From Gemmatimonadales bacterium (lineage in GTDB: Bacteria; Gemmatimonadota; Gemmatimonadetes; Gemmatimonadales; GWC2-71-9): a stretch of DNA of 64,000 nucleotides. Positions 36,918 to 46,872 of this stretch are shown here, piece after piece (position 1 is the stretch's first letter; each line of letters begins with the position of its first letter). Position numbers and translations under genes: made by a program. The stretch covers positions 480,001-544,000 of the forward strand of contig JBBCJC010000005.1 in the NCBI GenBank assembly GCA_037189525.1, read 5' to 3'. A model generated the notes under the pieces. It did no database searches, was not told where the DNA came from, and worked only from the letters and a program-made list of their open reading frames with translations.

Positions 36918-37510
36918 CCATGCCACGCTCAGCCCGACTCCTGATGGTACTGGCGGCACTCTGCGTCGCGGGCGCGCTGGCCTTCCCTCTCTGGGAGGTC
37001 CGTCTGGTCGCGCCGCAGTATCCGGAGGGGCTGGGCCTCCAGATCCACGCACATACCGTGAGCGGGATCAAGCCGAACGACCTGACGAACATCAACAACC
37101 TCAACCACTACATCGGGATGCGGCCGATCGAGCCGGACGCGATTCCCGAACTTCGGTGGATGCCGGGGATCCTGATCGGGCTGGCCGCGGTTGCACTGAC
37201 CGCGGCCGGCGTCGCCCGCAAGGGATTGCTGCGCATCTGGCTGGGTGCCCTGGTGGTGCTCGCCGTGGCCGGCGTCTGGGACTTCTGGCGCTGGGGACAC
37301 GACTACGGCCACAACCTCGACACCGAGAACGCCATCATCGTGGTGCCCGGCATGACCTATCAACCACCGGTCATCGGGCGGAAACACCTGCTCAACTTCA
37401 CCGCGACGGCCTGGCCTTCGGCCGGCGCGGCCCTGCTCGGTGTGGCCTTCCTGCTCGGCGGCGTGGCGTTGCGTCTCTCGCGTCAGCCACGGATAGGAGT
37501 CGTCAAATGA
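36914..37510 (+). CDS. nosB: NosB-like membrane protein
   Basis: APQYPEGLGL, INNLNHYIGM, YGHNLD, YQPPVIG; directly after clade II nosZ. Confidence 0.85.
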   Translation: MTMPRSARLLMVLAALCVAGALAFPLWEVRLVAPQYPEGLGLQIHAHTVSGIKPNDLTNINNLNHYIGMRPIEPDAIPELRWMPGILIGLAAVALTAAGVARKGLLRIWLGALVVLAVAGVWDFWRWGHDYGHNLDTENAIIVVPGMTYQPPVIGRKHLLNFTATAWPSAGAALLGVAFLLGGVALRLSRQPRIGVVK

Positions 37511-37962
37511 CCTGCGATCGACGCCAGTTCCTGCTCATCCTTGCCGCCGGCGCCGTCGGCTGCGCGGCGGGCATTCCGGTCCTCCGGTACGGCGTCGACG
37601 TCTGTGACTTCTGTCGCATGACGATCAGTGATCCCGAGTTCGCCGCATTGGCCGAGACGGCTAAAGGGCGCGCCGCGCGGTTCGACTCGATCGAATGTCT
37701 GGCCCGGTGGATCGAAGAACAAGAAGAGTTCCCCAGAAATACCTGGGTTACTGACTTCGCCACGCCAAGCGTCATGCTTGCCACGAACGAGGCGCGATTC
37801 TACCGGGCCGCCGTCCGGTCCTCGATGGGTCAGGGATGGATCGCATCCGATGCGAAGCGAACCGGCGCACCATTGCCGAAGAGTGAAGGACCCTACACGT
37901 GGGATGAAACCCGCCGCGGCATCTTAGCGGGGGCCGAAGAGCCGCATGGAGGGAGGCACTGA
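37507..37962 (+). CDS. nosL: Copper chaperone NosL
   Basis: CDFCRMTI, FDSIECL, SSMG; lipobox VGC. Confidence 0.88.
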   Translation: MTCDRRQFLLILAAGAVGCAAGIPVLRYGVDVCDFCRMTISDPEFAALAETAKGRAARFDSIECLARWIEEQEEFPRNTWVTDFATPSVMLATNEARFYRAAVRSSMGQGWIASDAKRTGAPLPKSEGPYTWDETRRGILAGAEEPHGGRH

Positions 37963-39185
37963 TGCGCGCGCTCCTCGTTCTGGCTCAACTCGCGACCATC
38001 GCCGTCGGCCCGAATGAGTCGTTCCAAACCCTGGCCGCAGCCATCGGTGCGGCGGCGCCGGGCGCGGTGATCACGGTTCGCCCCGGGATCTATCGCGAAC
38101 CGACCGTCACGATCGACCGGCAGATTACCCTGGTGGGCGAACCCGGAGCCATCATGGACGGCGAAGGGACTCACGGTCTCCTGGTCCTGACCGCCCCCGA
38201 TATCACGGTGCGGGGGCTCACCTTTCGCAATACCGGCATCTCGTTTCAGGAAGACCGGGCTGCGGTCCTGGCCCAGGGAGCCGAACGGTGCCGCATCGAG
38301 GGCAACACCTTCGAACAGACCTTCTTTGCCGTCTACCTCGCGAGTACGACCGACTGCGCCGTGATCGGGAATACCATGATCGGGCTCCGCGGTTCCGAAA
38401 GCCGGACCGGGAATGCGGTCCATTCCTGGGGCTCGCGGCATATCGTCATCAAGGAGAACACCATCTCGGATCACCGGGACGGCATCTATCTCGAGTTCAC
38501 CCGTCACGCGACCGTGACCGGTAACCGGAGCGCCAGGAACCTGCGCTACGGTCTGCACTTCATGTACGCCGATTCGTCGACCTACGACGGCAATCGCTTC
38601 GAAGCCAACGGAAGCGGCGTGGCCGTGATGTACTCCAAATCGGTGACATTGACCCACAACACCTTCGTCGACAACCGCGGAGCGACCGCCTACGGACTGT
38701 TGCTCAAGGAGATCGCCGATGTCGACCTGCGCGACAACCGGTTCATCAACAATACGACCGGCCTGCTGGCCGACGGTGCCGACCGCGTCCGCATCGTCGC
38801 CAACGAGTTTGCGGAGAACGGCTGGGCCCTCCGTCTGATGGCCAGTACGTCCGACGGCGTGGTGCGCCAGAACCAGTTCCGCAGCAACACCTTCGACTTG
38901 GCCGTCAACGCCCGGATCCTCACCACCGAATTCAGCGGCAACTGGTGGGATCGCTATCGGGGCTGGGATCTCGACCGCGACGGCATCGGCGACGTGGGAC
39001 ACCACCCGATCCGGCTCTTCACCCTGTTCGTCGGACGCGCCGACCCGGCGCTGATGCTCCAGCGTTCGTTGTTCGTCCGCATGCTCGACGCCGTGGAGCA
39101 GGCGCTTCCTGCGCTCACGCCGAAGGAGGTCATCGACCCCTCGCCGCTGATGGCCCCGCCCGTGAAAGGAGCGCCCTCCCTATGA
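37962..39185 (+). CDS. nosD: Nitrous oxide reductase maturation protein NosD
   Basis: HRDGIYLEF, LRYGLHFMY, GNWWDRYRGWDLDRDGIGD beta-helix. Confidence 0.93.
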   Translation: MRALLVLAQLATIAVGPNESFQTLAAAIGAAAPGAVITVRPGIYREPTVTIDRQITLVGEPGAIMDGEGTHGLLVLTAPDITVRGLTFRNTGISFQEDRAAVLAQGAERCRIEGNTFEQTFFAVYLASTTDCAVIGNTMIGLRGSESRTGNAVHSWGSRHIVIKENTISDHRDGIYLEFTRHATVTGNRSARNLRYGLHFMYADSSTYDGNRFEANGSGVAVMYSKSVTLTHNTFVDNRGATAYGLLLKEIADVDLRDNRFINNTTGLLADGADRVRIVANEFAENGWALRLMASTSDGVVRQNQFRSNTFDLAVNARILTTEFSGNWWDRYRGWDLDRDGIGDVGHHPIRLFTLFVGRADPALMLQRSLFVRMLDAVEQALPALTPKEVIDPSPLMAPPVKGAPSL

Positions 39186-39901
39186 TCACCATTCGTGGTC
39201 TCGAGAAACGCTTCGGTCGACGAGGCGTGCTGACCGGCCTGAACGCCGAATTCCGGCGGGGGCGGGTGACGGTACTGACCGGACCCAACGGCGCCGGCAA
39301 AACCACCCTGCTCAAGCTGATCCTCGGCCTGGCCCGCCCCGAAGCCGGCCGGATCGAGGTGAACGGCGTCGAGCTGCGCGGCGATCCCAGCTACCGGGCC
39401 GCGATCGGCTATATGCCGCAGATCGTCCGCTTTCCCGGCCAGCTGACCGGGCGCGACCTGCTCGGCATGCTCCGCACCTTACGCAAAGGGGCCGTACCCG
39501 ACCTCGACCTGGCCGCAGACCTGGGCGTCGGCGACGCGATGGACCGCCCGTTCGAAACCCTGTCGGGCGGCACCCGGCAGAAGGTCAACGCCGTCCTCGC
39601 CTTTGCCTTTCGGCCGGAGATCCTGATCCTCGACGAACCGACCGCCGGGCTCGACCCGCTCGCCAGCTGCGTCCTCAAGGAGCGCCTGGCCCACGAACGC
39701 GCGTCGGGAACGACCGTCATCATCACTTCCCACGTGCTACCCGAACTCGAAGAGCTCGCCGACGACGTGGTCTTCCTCGACGACGGCCGAGTCCGCTGGT
39801 CCGGCAGCGCCAACGAATTGCGCAGCTCGACGGGCCAGCCATCGCTGGAACGAGCGGTGGCGTCCCTGCTCCGCCCCGAAGGGCTGAGGATCGTCGCATG
39901 A
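39182..39901 (+). CDS. nosF: ABC transporter ATP-binding protein NosF
   Basis: GPNGAGKTT, LSGGTRQK, ILDEPT; nos context. Confidence 0.92.
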   Translation: MITIRGLEKRFGRRGVLTGLNAEFRRGRVTVLTGPNGAGKTTLLKLILGLARPEAGRIEVNGVELRGDPSYRAAIGYMPQIVRFPGQLTGRDLLGMLRTLRKGAVPDLDLAADLGVGDAMDRPFETLSGGTRQKVNAVLAFAFRPEILILDEPTAGLDPLASCVLKERLAHERASGTTVIITSHVLPELEELADDVVFLDDGRVRWSGSANELRSSTGQPSLERAVASLLRPEGLRIVA

Positions 39902-40686
39902 CTGCTCAGACGCACGCCCTCATCGCCGCTGGCCGCGATGTCATCCGGAGCCGTTGGCTCCTCGGCCTGGGCATTTTCCTCGCTGCAGCGGGCGATCTCC
40001 TGCTCCGCTTCGGTGAGGGTGCTACGGCGCGGGCCTCGCTGATGGACATCGTCCTGGTCGCGACCCCGCTCGCTGCGCTCGTGATCGGCACGATCCAGGT
40101 TCACAACGCCCGCGAAATCACCGAGCTACTGCTGGCCCAGCCCGTGACGCGCACCCGGCTCTTCCTGCGCCTCTTCCTCGGCACGGTCGCCCCGCTTGCG
40201 GTGGTGCTCTCGCTGGGTCTGATCCTGCCATTCGTCTGGCATGGTCGTGTCACGGCAGCCGAGCTTCCGCACCTGGCGGCGCTCGTCGCGGCGACGCTCC
40301 TGCTCACCGCGATCGGGACCGCACTCGCCTTCGTGATCGCGCTCCGGACCGACGACCGGGTCCGCGCACTCGGCATTGCGTGCCTGATCTGGCTCGCCGC
40401 CGCCGTGTTGTGGGATGGAATCGTACTACTGCTGACCCTGATGTATGCCGACCGGCCGATCGAATGGGCCGTGCTCGTCCTCCTGGCGCTCAACCCGCTC
40501 GACCTGGTCCGTGTCGTCCTGCTGCTGGGCACGGATGGCGCTGCTCTCTTCGGCTATACCGGCGCCGTCCTCGAACATGTGCTCGGCACCGGTACCGGCC
40601 GTATTGCTCTGATGTCCGTGCTGTTGCTTTGGCTCGCCCTGCCTCTCGGGGCGGCCGCCCGTACCTTCACTTCGAAAGATTTCTGA
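39898..40686 (+). CDS. nosY: ABC transporter permease NosY
   Basis: ELLLAQPV, LNPLDLVR, GYTGA; multi-TM. Confidence 0.88.
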   Translation: MTAQTHALIAAGRDVIRSRWLLGLGIFLAAAGDLLLRFGEGATARASLMDIVLVATPLAALVIGTIQVHNAREITELLLAQPVTRTRLFLRLFLGTVAPLAVVLSLGLILPFVWHGRVTAAELPHLAALVAATLLLTAIGTALAFVIALRTDDRVRALGIACLIWLAAAVLWDGIVLLLTLMYADRPIEWAVLVLLALNPLDLVRVVLLLGTDGAALFGYTGAVLEHVLGTGTGRIALMSVLLLWLALPLGAAARTFTSKDF

Positions 40687-40696
40687 GGCGATCGAT

Positions 40697-41116
40697 ATGA
40701 TGCCCCGATCATTATTCGGCCTGGTGCTGCTCGCCGCGGCGTGCGGCAGTTCTCCCAAAGAAGCCAGTCCTCCCGCGGACCAGCAACGGAGCGCACCTGC
40801 CGCCGTCGCCACCGGGCGGACCATCGAAATCAAGATGGTGACCGACGGCACCGGGAACTACTATGAACCCAAGGAGGTCGAGGTCAAACAGGGAGATCTG
40901 CTCCGGTTCGTCCTCGTCACGGGTGTCCATAACGTCCACTTCCTCGCCGACAGCAACCCCGGCGTCAGCAACCTGCCACCGATGAGTGACATGCTGCAGC
41001 TGCCCGGGCAGACGTACGACCTGCCCGTCACCATGGCCCCCGGCAAACGCTACGTCTACCAGTGCGATCCGCATGCGGCGCTCGGAATGATCGGGGCGAT
41101 TACCGTCGTCCCGTGA
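40697..41116 (+). CDS. Plastocyanin/azurin-family blue copper lipoprotein
   Basis: Lipobox AAAC, VHNVHF, YQCDPHAALGM type-1 Cu ligands. Confidence 0.9.
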   Translation: MMPRSLFGLVLLAAACGSSPKEASPPADQQRSAPAAVATGRTIEIKMVTDGTGNYYEPKEVEVKQGDLLRFVLVTGVHNVHFLADSNPGVSNLPPMSDMLQLPGQTYDLPVTMAPGKRYVYQCDPHAALGMIGAITVVP

Positions 41117-41134
41117 CCGTAGCGATCTGATGAT

Positions 41135-41177
41135 GACGAAGCCGCCCGGCCGACTCGATCGACCGGGCGGCTTCGTC
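41135..41177 (+). terminator. Terminator-like hairpin closing the nos operon
   Basis: GACGAAGCCGCCCGG / CCGGGCGGCTTCGTC 15-bp stem; weak U-tract. Confidence 0.6.
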
Positions 41178-41327
41178 CTTCCGCGTCTGCCACCTATTGC
41201 CTCTCGAAGATGGAATGATTCCCGGCATCATCCCGATGCAACGCCGCGACGCGACCGCTGTCACCGTTGGCTTGGGCGAAGGTCAGAGTGACGTTCTCAC
41301 CGACATGGGACGTGAGTCTCTCGGGCA

Positions 41328-41373
41328 TTGACGCGCCTTATCTGTTCACGTAATATCTGTTCATGTCAGATAT
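41328..41373 (+). promoter_or_regulatory. Leaderless sigma70 promoter and probable PadR operator
   Basis: TTGACG-17-TAATAT-6-ATG; ATATCTG-N7-CAGATAT inverted repeat over the start codon; TATCTGTTCA direct repeat. Confidence 0.75.
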
Positions 41374-41716
41374 CGATACGCGAGCCCTGGACCGCGAGCT
41401 CAAGCGGGGCTCGGCGGAGCTCCTGATCCTCGCGCTGCTCGACGCGCAGCCCCGGCACGGTTACGAGCTGAGCAAGCTGATCCAGATCCGCTCCGGCGGC
41501 GCCCTGACCTTCCACATCGACTCGCTCTACCCCCTGCTCTATCGCCTCGAGGAACGCGGCTGGATCAAGGGCACCTGGGTGGAGAAGGCTGGCGAGCGGC
41601 GCCGCCGGTTCTACAAAGTCACCGGCGAGGGGCGCCGGATACTCGCTGCGCAGCGCAAGACCTGGGCGACGTTCGTGGAGGCCGTTCACCAGATCATTGG
41701 ACCCGAGCATGCCTGA
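41363..41716 (+). CDS. PadR family transcriptional regulator
   Basis: [39 protein letters not shown]. Confidence 0.93.
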   Translation: MSDIDTRALDRELKRGSAELLILALLDAQPRHGYELSKLIQIRSGGALTFHIDSLYPLLYRLEERGWIKGTWVEKAGERRRRFYKVTGEGRRILAAQRKTWATFVEAVHQIIGPEHA

Positions 41717-44393
41717 TTGGGCAAGCGAGGTTCGGACGCGGCTGGCACCGCTGCGACTCGCGCCCACGCGCGAAGCCGAGATCGTCGACGAGCTCTCGCA
41801 GCATCTGGACGATCGGTATCGGGAGCTGATGGCGGGAGGCGCGTCGTCCGAGGAGGCGATTCGGCTGGCGCTCGCCGACTTCCAGGAAGGCGACGTGCTC
41901 GCGCAACATATGGGCTCGCTGCGGCAGGCGCACGCGCCGCCGCCGGTCACGCCGGGTGCGCCGACCGGTGGCGTGCTCGGCGATTTCTGGCAAGACCTGC
42001 GCTACGCCGCGCGTATCTTCCGGAAGCAGCCCGCCTTCGCCGCGACCGTAGTGCTGACGCTCGCTCTCGGTATCGGCGCCACAACGGCAATCTTCAGTGT
42101 GGTCCACGGTGTCCTGCTCAAGCCGCTACCGTTCCACGAGGCCGACCGGCTGGTGAGCTTGAGCCACCATACACCACTCGCCGGCGGGGGAGCCAATCAC
42201 GGCCCGACCACCTACCTCACCTATCGCGAACACCAGCGGGCATTCGAAGCCATCGGCGCCTGGGATCCTGCCGAAGTTTCGATCACCGGACATGGCGATC
42301 CGGAGCGTCCGCAGGCGCTGCTGGTCAGCGCAAGCACCCTGCCGCTCCTGCGGGTCCGACCCGCGCTTGGCCGGCTCTTCAGTGCCGAGGACGATACGCC
42401 CGGCAATCCGCTGCGCACAGTGCTGACCCACGGGTACTGGCAGCGGCGCTTCGGCGGCGCCGACGACATCGTCGGTCGCTCGCTCGTAATCGACGGCCAG
42501 CCGGCCGAAGTGATCGGCGTGTTGCCGCCGTCGTTCACCTTCCTGCGCACTCGGCCAGACCTCCTGCTACCGATGCCGCTCCCGGCAACCCCGCCCGACG
42601 GCGTCAGCTTCGGGTTCCAGGCCCTGGCACGACTCAAGCCGGGCGTCACGCTGGCCCAAGCCAACGCCGACGTGGGCCGGCTGATCACGCTGCTGCCGCC
42701 GTCCTTCGAGTGGCTCGAGCTCGGGCCGGATGTGCGCCCGCTCGCCGTCGATGTGATCGGCGACGTCGGAGAGATCCTCTGGATCCTGCTGGCCGCGGTC
42801 GGCGTGGTGCTGCTGATCGCTTGCGGCAACGTGGCGAACCTCTTTCTGGTGCGCGCCGAGGGACGCCATCACGAGCTGGCAATGCGGGTAGCGCTGGGCG
42901 CGAGTCGCGGTCGCATCACGCGCGCGCTCCTGTCCGAGAGCATCGTACTGGCGCTTGCGGGCGGCGCGGTCGGCGTGCTGCTCGCCCGGGCCGCCACCGG
43001 CCTCCTGCAGGCGATCGCGCCTGCGGAGCTGCCGCGCGTCGACGAGATCGGCATCGACATCACGGTCCTGCTCTTCACCGTCTCCGTCTCGGTGCTGAGC
43101 GGGATCCTGTTCGGCCTCGCCGCCGTGGTGCGCTTCGGGAATCCGAGCATCACGGCGCTCAAGGAGTCCGGCCGATCCGCCTCCGATGGCCCCGGCCGGC
43201 ACCGGACCCGTCAGGCGCTGGTCGTGGGACAGGTCGCCCTGGCGCTCACCCTGCTGATCGTCTCGGGGCTCATGATCCGGACCTTCATCGCTCTGCGGCA
43301 GGTCGATCCGGGGTTCACGCACCCGGAGGAGATCCAGACCTTCACCATCGCGATCCCGCCTGGCATGATCGCCGATCCGGACCAAGCGGCGCGCAGGTTC
43401 GAGCAGGTCGCCGAGGCGCTGACCCGGGTGCCCGGCGTGGGCTCGGTCGGCCTCTCGTCGTCGATCACGATGGACGGTGAAGACAACGGCAGTCCGATCG
43501 AGGTGGAGGAGGCCCCGCTCGCGGAAGGAGAACGGACACCGCTCAGGCGGTTCAAGAGCATTGGACCAGGCTACGTCGAGACCATGGGCAATCGGCTGGT
43601 AGCCGGGCGGTCGTTCACCTGGCAGGAGATCCACGAACGGCGGCCGGTCATCCTCATCTCGGAGCCGCTCGCGCGTGAGTATTGGACCGAGCCGTCGCGC
43701 GCCATCGGCAAACGCGTGCGCGCCCTGCAGCCCGAGGTGCCGTGGCGCGAGATCGTGGGCGTGGTCGGTCCTGAGCGCGACGACGGGCTGCATCGGCCGC
43801 CGACGCCGATCGTCTACTGGCCGATCCAGAGCGAGAGCTACCGGTGGCGTACGATGACCTACGTCGTTCGGTCCACACGCGTCGGCGCGCCGGGATTCCT
43901 TCGCGAGCTCGAGCAGGCGGTCTGGTCGGTCGATCCGAACCTGCCGCTCGACGATCCGCGCACCGTGAACGAGATCCAGGCCCTCTCGCTGGCCCAGACC
44001 TCCTTCGCGCTGGTGATGTTGGGCATTGCCGCAGCCGTCGCGCTGCTGATCGGAATAGTGGGGATTTACGGCGTGATCGCCTATGCCGCCGCACAACGAA
44101 CCCGCGAGATCGGCGTCCGCATGGCGCTCGGCGCGCAAGCGGGCGACGTCCGGCGTCTCTTTATCCGCTCCGGCGTGGCGCTGACGGCCGCCGGCATCGC
44201 GCTCGGGATCGGGCTCGCCGCGGTGCTGACCCGGGTGATGTCCGCCTTTCTCTTCGGCGTCGGCCCACTGGACCCGATGACGTATGCGCTCGTGTCGGCG
44301 ACGCTGGCCGCCGTCGCCCTCCTGGCCGCCTATCTCCCCGCGCGCCGCGCTTCACGCGTCGATCCGGTGGTCGCCCTGCGCGCGGACACCTGA
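41709..44393 (+). CDS. ADOP-type duplicated MacB/FtsX ABC permease with permease prefix domain
   Basis: [10 protein letters not shown] prefix, [46 protein letters not shown]. Confidence 0.92.
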   Translation: MPDWASEVRTRLAPLRLAPTREAEIVDELSQHLDDRYRELMAGGASSEEAIRLALADFQEGDVLAQHMGSLRQAHAPPPVTPGAPTGGVLGDFWQDLRYAARIFRKQPAFAATVVLTLALGIGATTAIFSVVHGVLLKPLPFHEADRLVSLSHHTPLAGGGANHGPTTYLTYREHQRAFEAIGAWDPAEVSITGHGDPERPQALLVSASTLPLLRVRPALGRLFSAEDDTPGNPLRTVLTHGYWQRRFGGADDIVGRSLVIDGQPAEVIGVLPPSFTFLRTRPDLLLPMPLPATPPDGVSFGFQALARLKPGVTLAQANADVGRLITLLPPSFEWLELGPDVRPLAVDVIGDVGEILWILLAAVGVVLLIACGNVANLFLVRAEGRHHELAMRVALGASRGRITRALLSESIVLALAGGAVGVLLARAATGLLQAIAPAELPRVDEIGIDITVLLFTVSVSVLSGILFGLAAVVRFGNPSITALKESGRSASDGPGRHRTRQALVVGQVALALTLLIVSGLMIRTFIALRQVDPGFTHPEEIQTFTIAIPPGMIADPDQAARRFEQVAEALTRVPGVGSVGLSSSITMDGEDNGSPIEVEEAPLAEGERTPLRRFKSIGPGYVETMGNRLVAGRSFTWQEIHERRPVILISEPLAREYWTEPSRAIGKRVRALQPEVPWREIVGVVGPERDDGLHRPPTPIVYWPIQSESYRWRTMTYVVRSTRVGAPGFLRELEQAVWSVDPNLPLDDPRTVNEIQALSLAQTSFALVMLGIAAAVALLIGIVGIYGVIAYAAAQRTREIGVRMALGAQAGDVRRLFIRSGVALTAAGIALGIGLAAVLTRVMSAFLFGVGPLDPMTYALVSATLAAVALLAAYLPARRASRVDPVVALRADT

Positions 44394-44421
44394 CGGTCCG
44401 GCCCGATCGACCGGCACGGAC

Positions 44422-45327
44422 TCAGCGCGGCGGCAGGCCCCGTCCGTACGCCGAGCCCTTGCCCAGTCGAACGAAGTGGTTCCACGCGGCGAGCGAAAGC
44501 TCGCCCAGCAACCGTTCCGCAGCCGGCGCATCGTTGACGTATGTCGCCATGATGGTAATCGCGAACGGCCGCCCCGGCGCGTACAACACGCCCCCTTCCG
44601 TCACTACCGCATCGAGACTGCCCGTCTTGGTGGCCCCGCGCGCCCCGGACGGCAGCTGCGACAGGAGACGACTGCGCTTGGGCGTTGCCAGCACGCGGAA
44701 GAAGTCCGCGGTCAGGTCGGGAGAAAAGAGCTTGCCGTGATGCGCGGCGGCCAGTAGCGCAACCGTCTCGTTGCTGGAGGCGACGTTTTCGCGACCGGCC
44801 TGCGCAGCAGCCAAGTCGATCATCTTCCGCTCGAGCCGCGTCCTGGAATAGCCCAGCCCGGTCAGCGTGGCGTTGATCTTCGCCATGCCCAGCCGGTCGA
44901 TCAGGATGTTGGTCGCGCCGTTGTCGCTCTCGCCGATCATCGCGGTCGCGACATCCCGGAGGGTCAGGCGCGTCACCCCATGCGTGTACCGGCTCATGAT
45001 GGCGCTACCGGGCACCAGATCGGTCGTATCGAGGGTGTAGAGGTCGCCCATCCGACCCTGCCGATAGAGCTCGACCAGCACCGCGATCTTGATCATACTC
45101 GCCGTCGGCATCACTTCGTCGCCCCGAACGCTGACCGTGCGGCCGTCGGTGAGGTCCTGAATGGTGACCGAGAGCACGCCGTCGAACTCGGCGGCGGCCC
45201 GTTTGACGGTCGACTCCAGATGCTGCCATAGGATATCGGGCTTTGCCTGGGCGGCGACCGGCGCGGTAACCAGCAATGCGCCGGCCACGATCGCCAACGC
45301 TCTGAGGGAGCGGGAGAGAGGTGTCAT
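44422..45327 (-). CDS. Class A beta-lactamase-fold serine hydrolase (PBP-A-like)
   Basis: ASMIK (SxxK), SDN, KTG; signal peptide; no obvious Glu166 equivalent (RLERKMID). Confidence 0.85.
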   Translation of the reverse strand: MTPLSRSLRALAIVAGALLVTAPVAAQAKPDILWQHLESTVKRAAAEFDGVLSVTIQDLTDGRTVSVRGDEVMPTASMIKIAVLVELYRQGRMGDLYTLDTTDLVPGSAIMSRYTHGVTRLTLRDVATAMIGESDNGATNILIDRLGMAKINATLTGLGYSRTRLERKMIDLAAAQAGRENVASSNETVALLAAAHHGKLFSPDLTADFFRVLATPKRSRLLSQLPSGARGATKTGSLDAVVTEGGVLYAPGRPFAITIMATYVNDAPAAERLLGELSLAAWNHFVRLGKGSAYGRGLPPR

Positions 45328-45371
45328 GGGTAACCCCGAGGCCGAGGTGGAGATGTATCGTTGGAAATGAG

Positions 45372-45401
45372 ACGGTCCCGCACCCGAAGGTGCGGGACCG
45401 T
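45372..45401 (-). terminator. Stable hairpin after the AKR gene
   Basis: ACGGTCCCGCACC / GGTGCGGGACCGT 13-bp stem with a UUCG loop on the minus strand. Confidence 0.55.
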
Positions 45402-45421
45402 TCAAAACTACTCGACTGGCC

Positions 45422-46396
45422 TCAGGCCGGAAGCGCGTCGAACGTCTCTTCCATCTTCTTTCGGGCCGCCGCATCGGGCAACCGGCCGCGCGCCGCGCCC
45501 ATGTTGTCCTCGACATAGGACACCCGCCGGGTGCCAGGAATCGCCACCGTGACCGCCGGATGCGACACCACATACTTGAGGAAGAACTGGGGCCAGGTCT
45601 TGATGTCGAAATCAGCGGCCCACCCCGGCAGCGGCACGCTGGCCAGCTTCGGGAAATTGACGCTGGCTCCCCGCCGCCCGCCGAACGGCAGGTTGATCAT
45701 GACGGCGGCGCCCCGGTCCTGCGCCAGCGGCAGCATGCGCTCTGCGGCGCCCCGGTTGCCAAGCGAGTAATCGACCTGGACGATGTCGAGCTTGTGCTTG
45801 GTCAGCTCGGCGGCCAGCGCGTCGTACTGCCGCTCCGTCGAGGTCGAGATACCCAGGTGGCGGATCTTGCCCTGCTGCTTCCACTCCTGGAGCGCCGGAA
45901 TGAGGACGTCGGTGCCGGCCAGGTTGTGAACCAGGAGGCCATCGAGGACGTTGGTCTTGAGCCGCTCGAGCGACGTCGCAAAACCGGCACGGCCGGTTTC
46001 GATGTTGTTTTCCGGAGCCACGATCTTGGTGACGAAGAAAATCTTGTCGCGCAGCTTGAGTTCGCTCGAAAGCTCGCCCAGCACGGCCTCCGACTCCCCC
46101 CGCGCGTAGCCGGTTGCCGTGTCATAGACCGAGCCGCCCAGCTCGATGAATCGCTTCATCGTGTCCCGCAGCGCGTCACGCTGCTCGGCCGACAAGTTGT
46201 ACTGATTGGTGCCGATCCCCACGACGGGGACCTTGGTGCCGGATGACGGGATCGCCTTGGTGATGAGCGGGAGCTGTTCCAGCCGCTCCAACTCCTCAGC
46301 CCACAGACTGTTACGGGTCCCGGCCACCAGGCCGGCGCCCGTGAGCAGCCCGAACTTGATGACATCTCGGCGGGAGGGGTTTGTAAAGGACGCCAT
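45422..46396 (-). CDS. Aldo/keto reductase with Tat signal
   Basis: SRRDVIK, DTATGY, FFVTK, LVHNL, IRHLGIS, AIPGT. Confidence 0.9.
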   Translation of the reverse strand: MASFTNPSRRDVIKFGLLTGAGLVAGTRNSLWAEELERLEQLPLITKAIPSSGTKVPVVGIGTNQYNLSAEQRDALRDTMKRFIELGGSVYDTATGYARGESEAVLGELSSELKLRDKIFFVTKIVAPENNIETGRAGFATSLERLKTNVLDGLLVHNLAGTDVLIPALQEWKQQGKIRHLGISTSTERQYDALAAELTKHKLDIVQVDYSLGNRGAAERMLPLAQDRGAAVMINLPFGGRRGASVNFPKLASVPLPGWAADFDIKTWPQFFLKYVVSHPAVTVAIPGTRRVSYVEDNMGAARGRLPDAAARKKMEETFDALPA

Positions 46397-46872
46397 GGAC
46401 CGACTACCTCTCGAGAGTAGGGTGACAACGCGATCTCGGATACACCAAAGTACTACGCCCTTCCCCCCGGCGCCGTTGAGCCGCAGCCCCGGGGTTGGGG
46501 GCCGGCCCCGCTAACCCCGCCCGCCTGCCGCCCCGTCGGGCCGGGAGCTCCCCACTGAAGCACCAGCCCGGGATCCCGGTCTGATCTTCGCTTTCTACGC
46601 ATCTCGGATTGGCGCATCTACCGCCATATCTGAACGAAGTTCGTCCACCGCATGATCGTGGTGTGTCCACGAATGGAACGAGCGCGTTATAAGGGGTATC
46701 ACGACTGCGTGATCAATCGCCCGTGAAGTTTGCACAGCCTGCCGGTTCTCGCGCATTGCGCTGCGAAGGCATCAGGCGCGTCAGGTACGCACGACGACCC
46801 GGCGGCACGCGAACGCAACGGGACCGCCGTCTGCGCGGCGAATGAATTGATCGGGATCTGCGAGGAGATAAC

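Noticed and set aside
41709..44393. ABC permease without an ATPase as a broken operon
   Set aside because: Orphan status next to PadR is the known ADOP arrangement.
44422..45327. True class A beta-lactamase resistance gene
   Set aside because: SxxK, SDN and KTG are present, but the omega-loop Glu166/Asn170 pattern is not evident; more likely PBP-A-like.
46455..46580. Very GC-rich self-complementary stretch as a ncRNA (SRP or RNase P)
   Set aside because: No diagnostic conserved motifs; pairing is expected by chance at this GC content.
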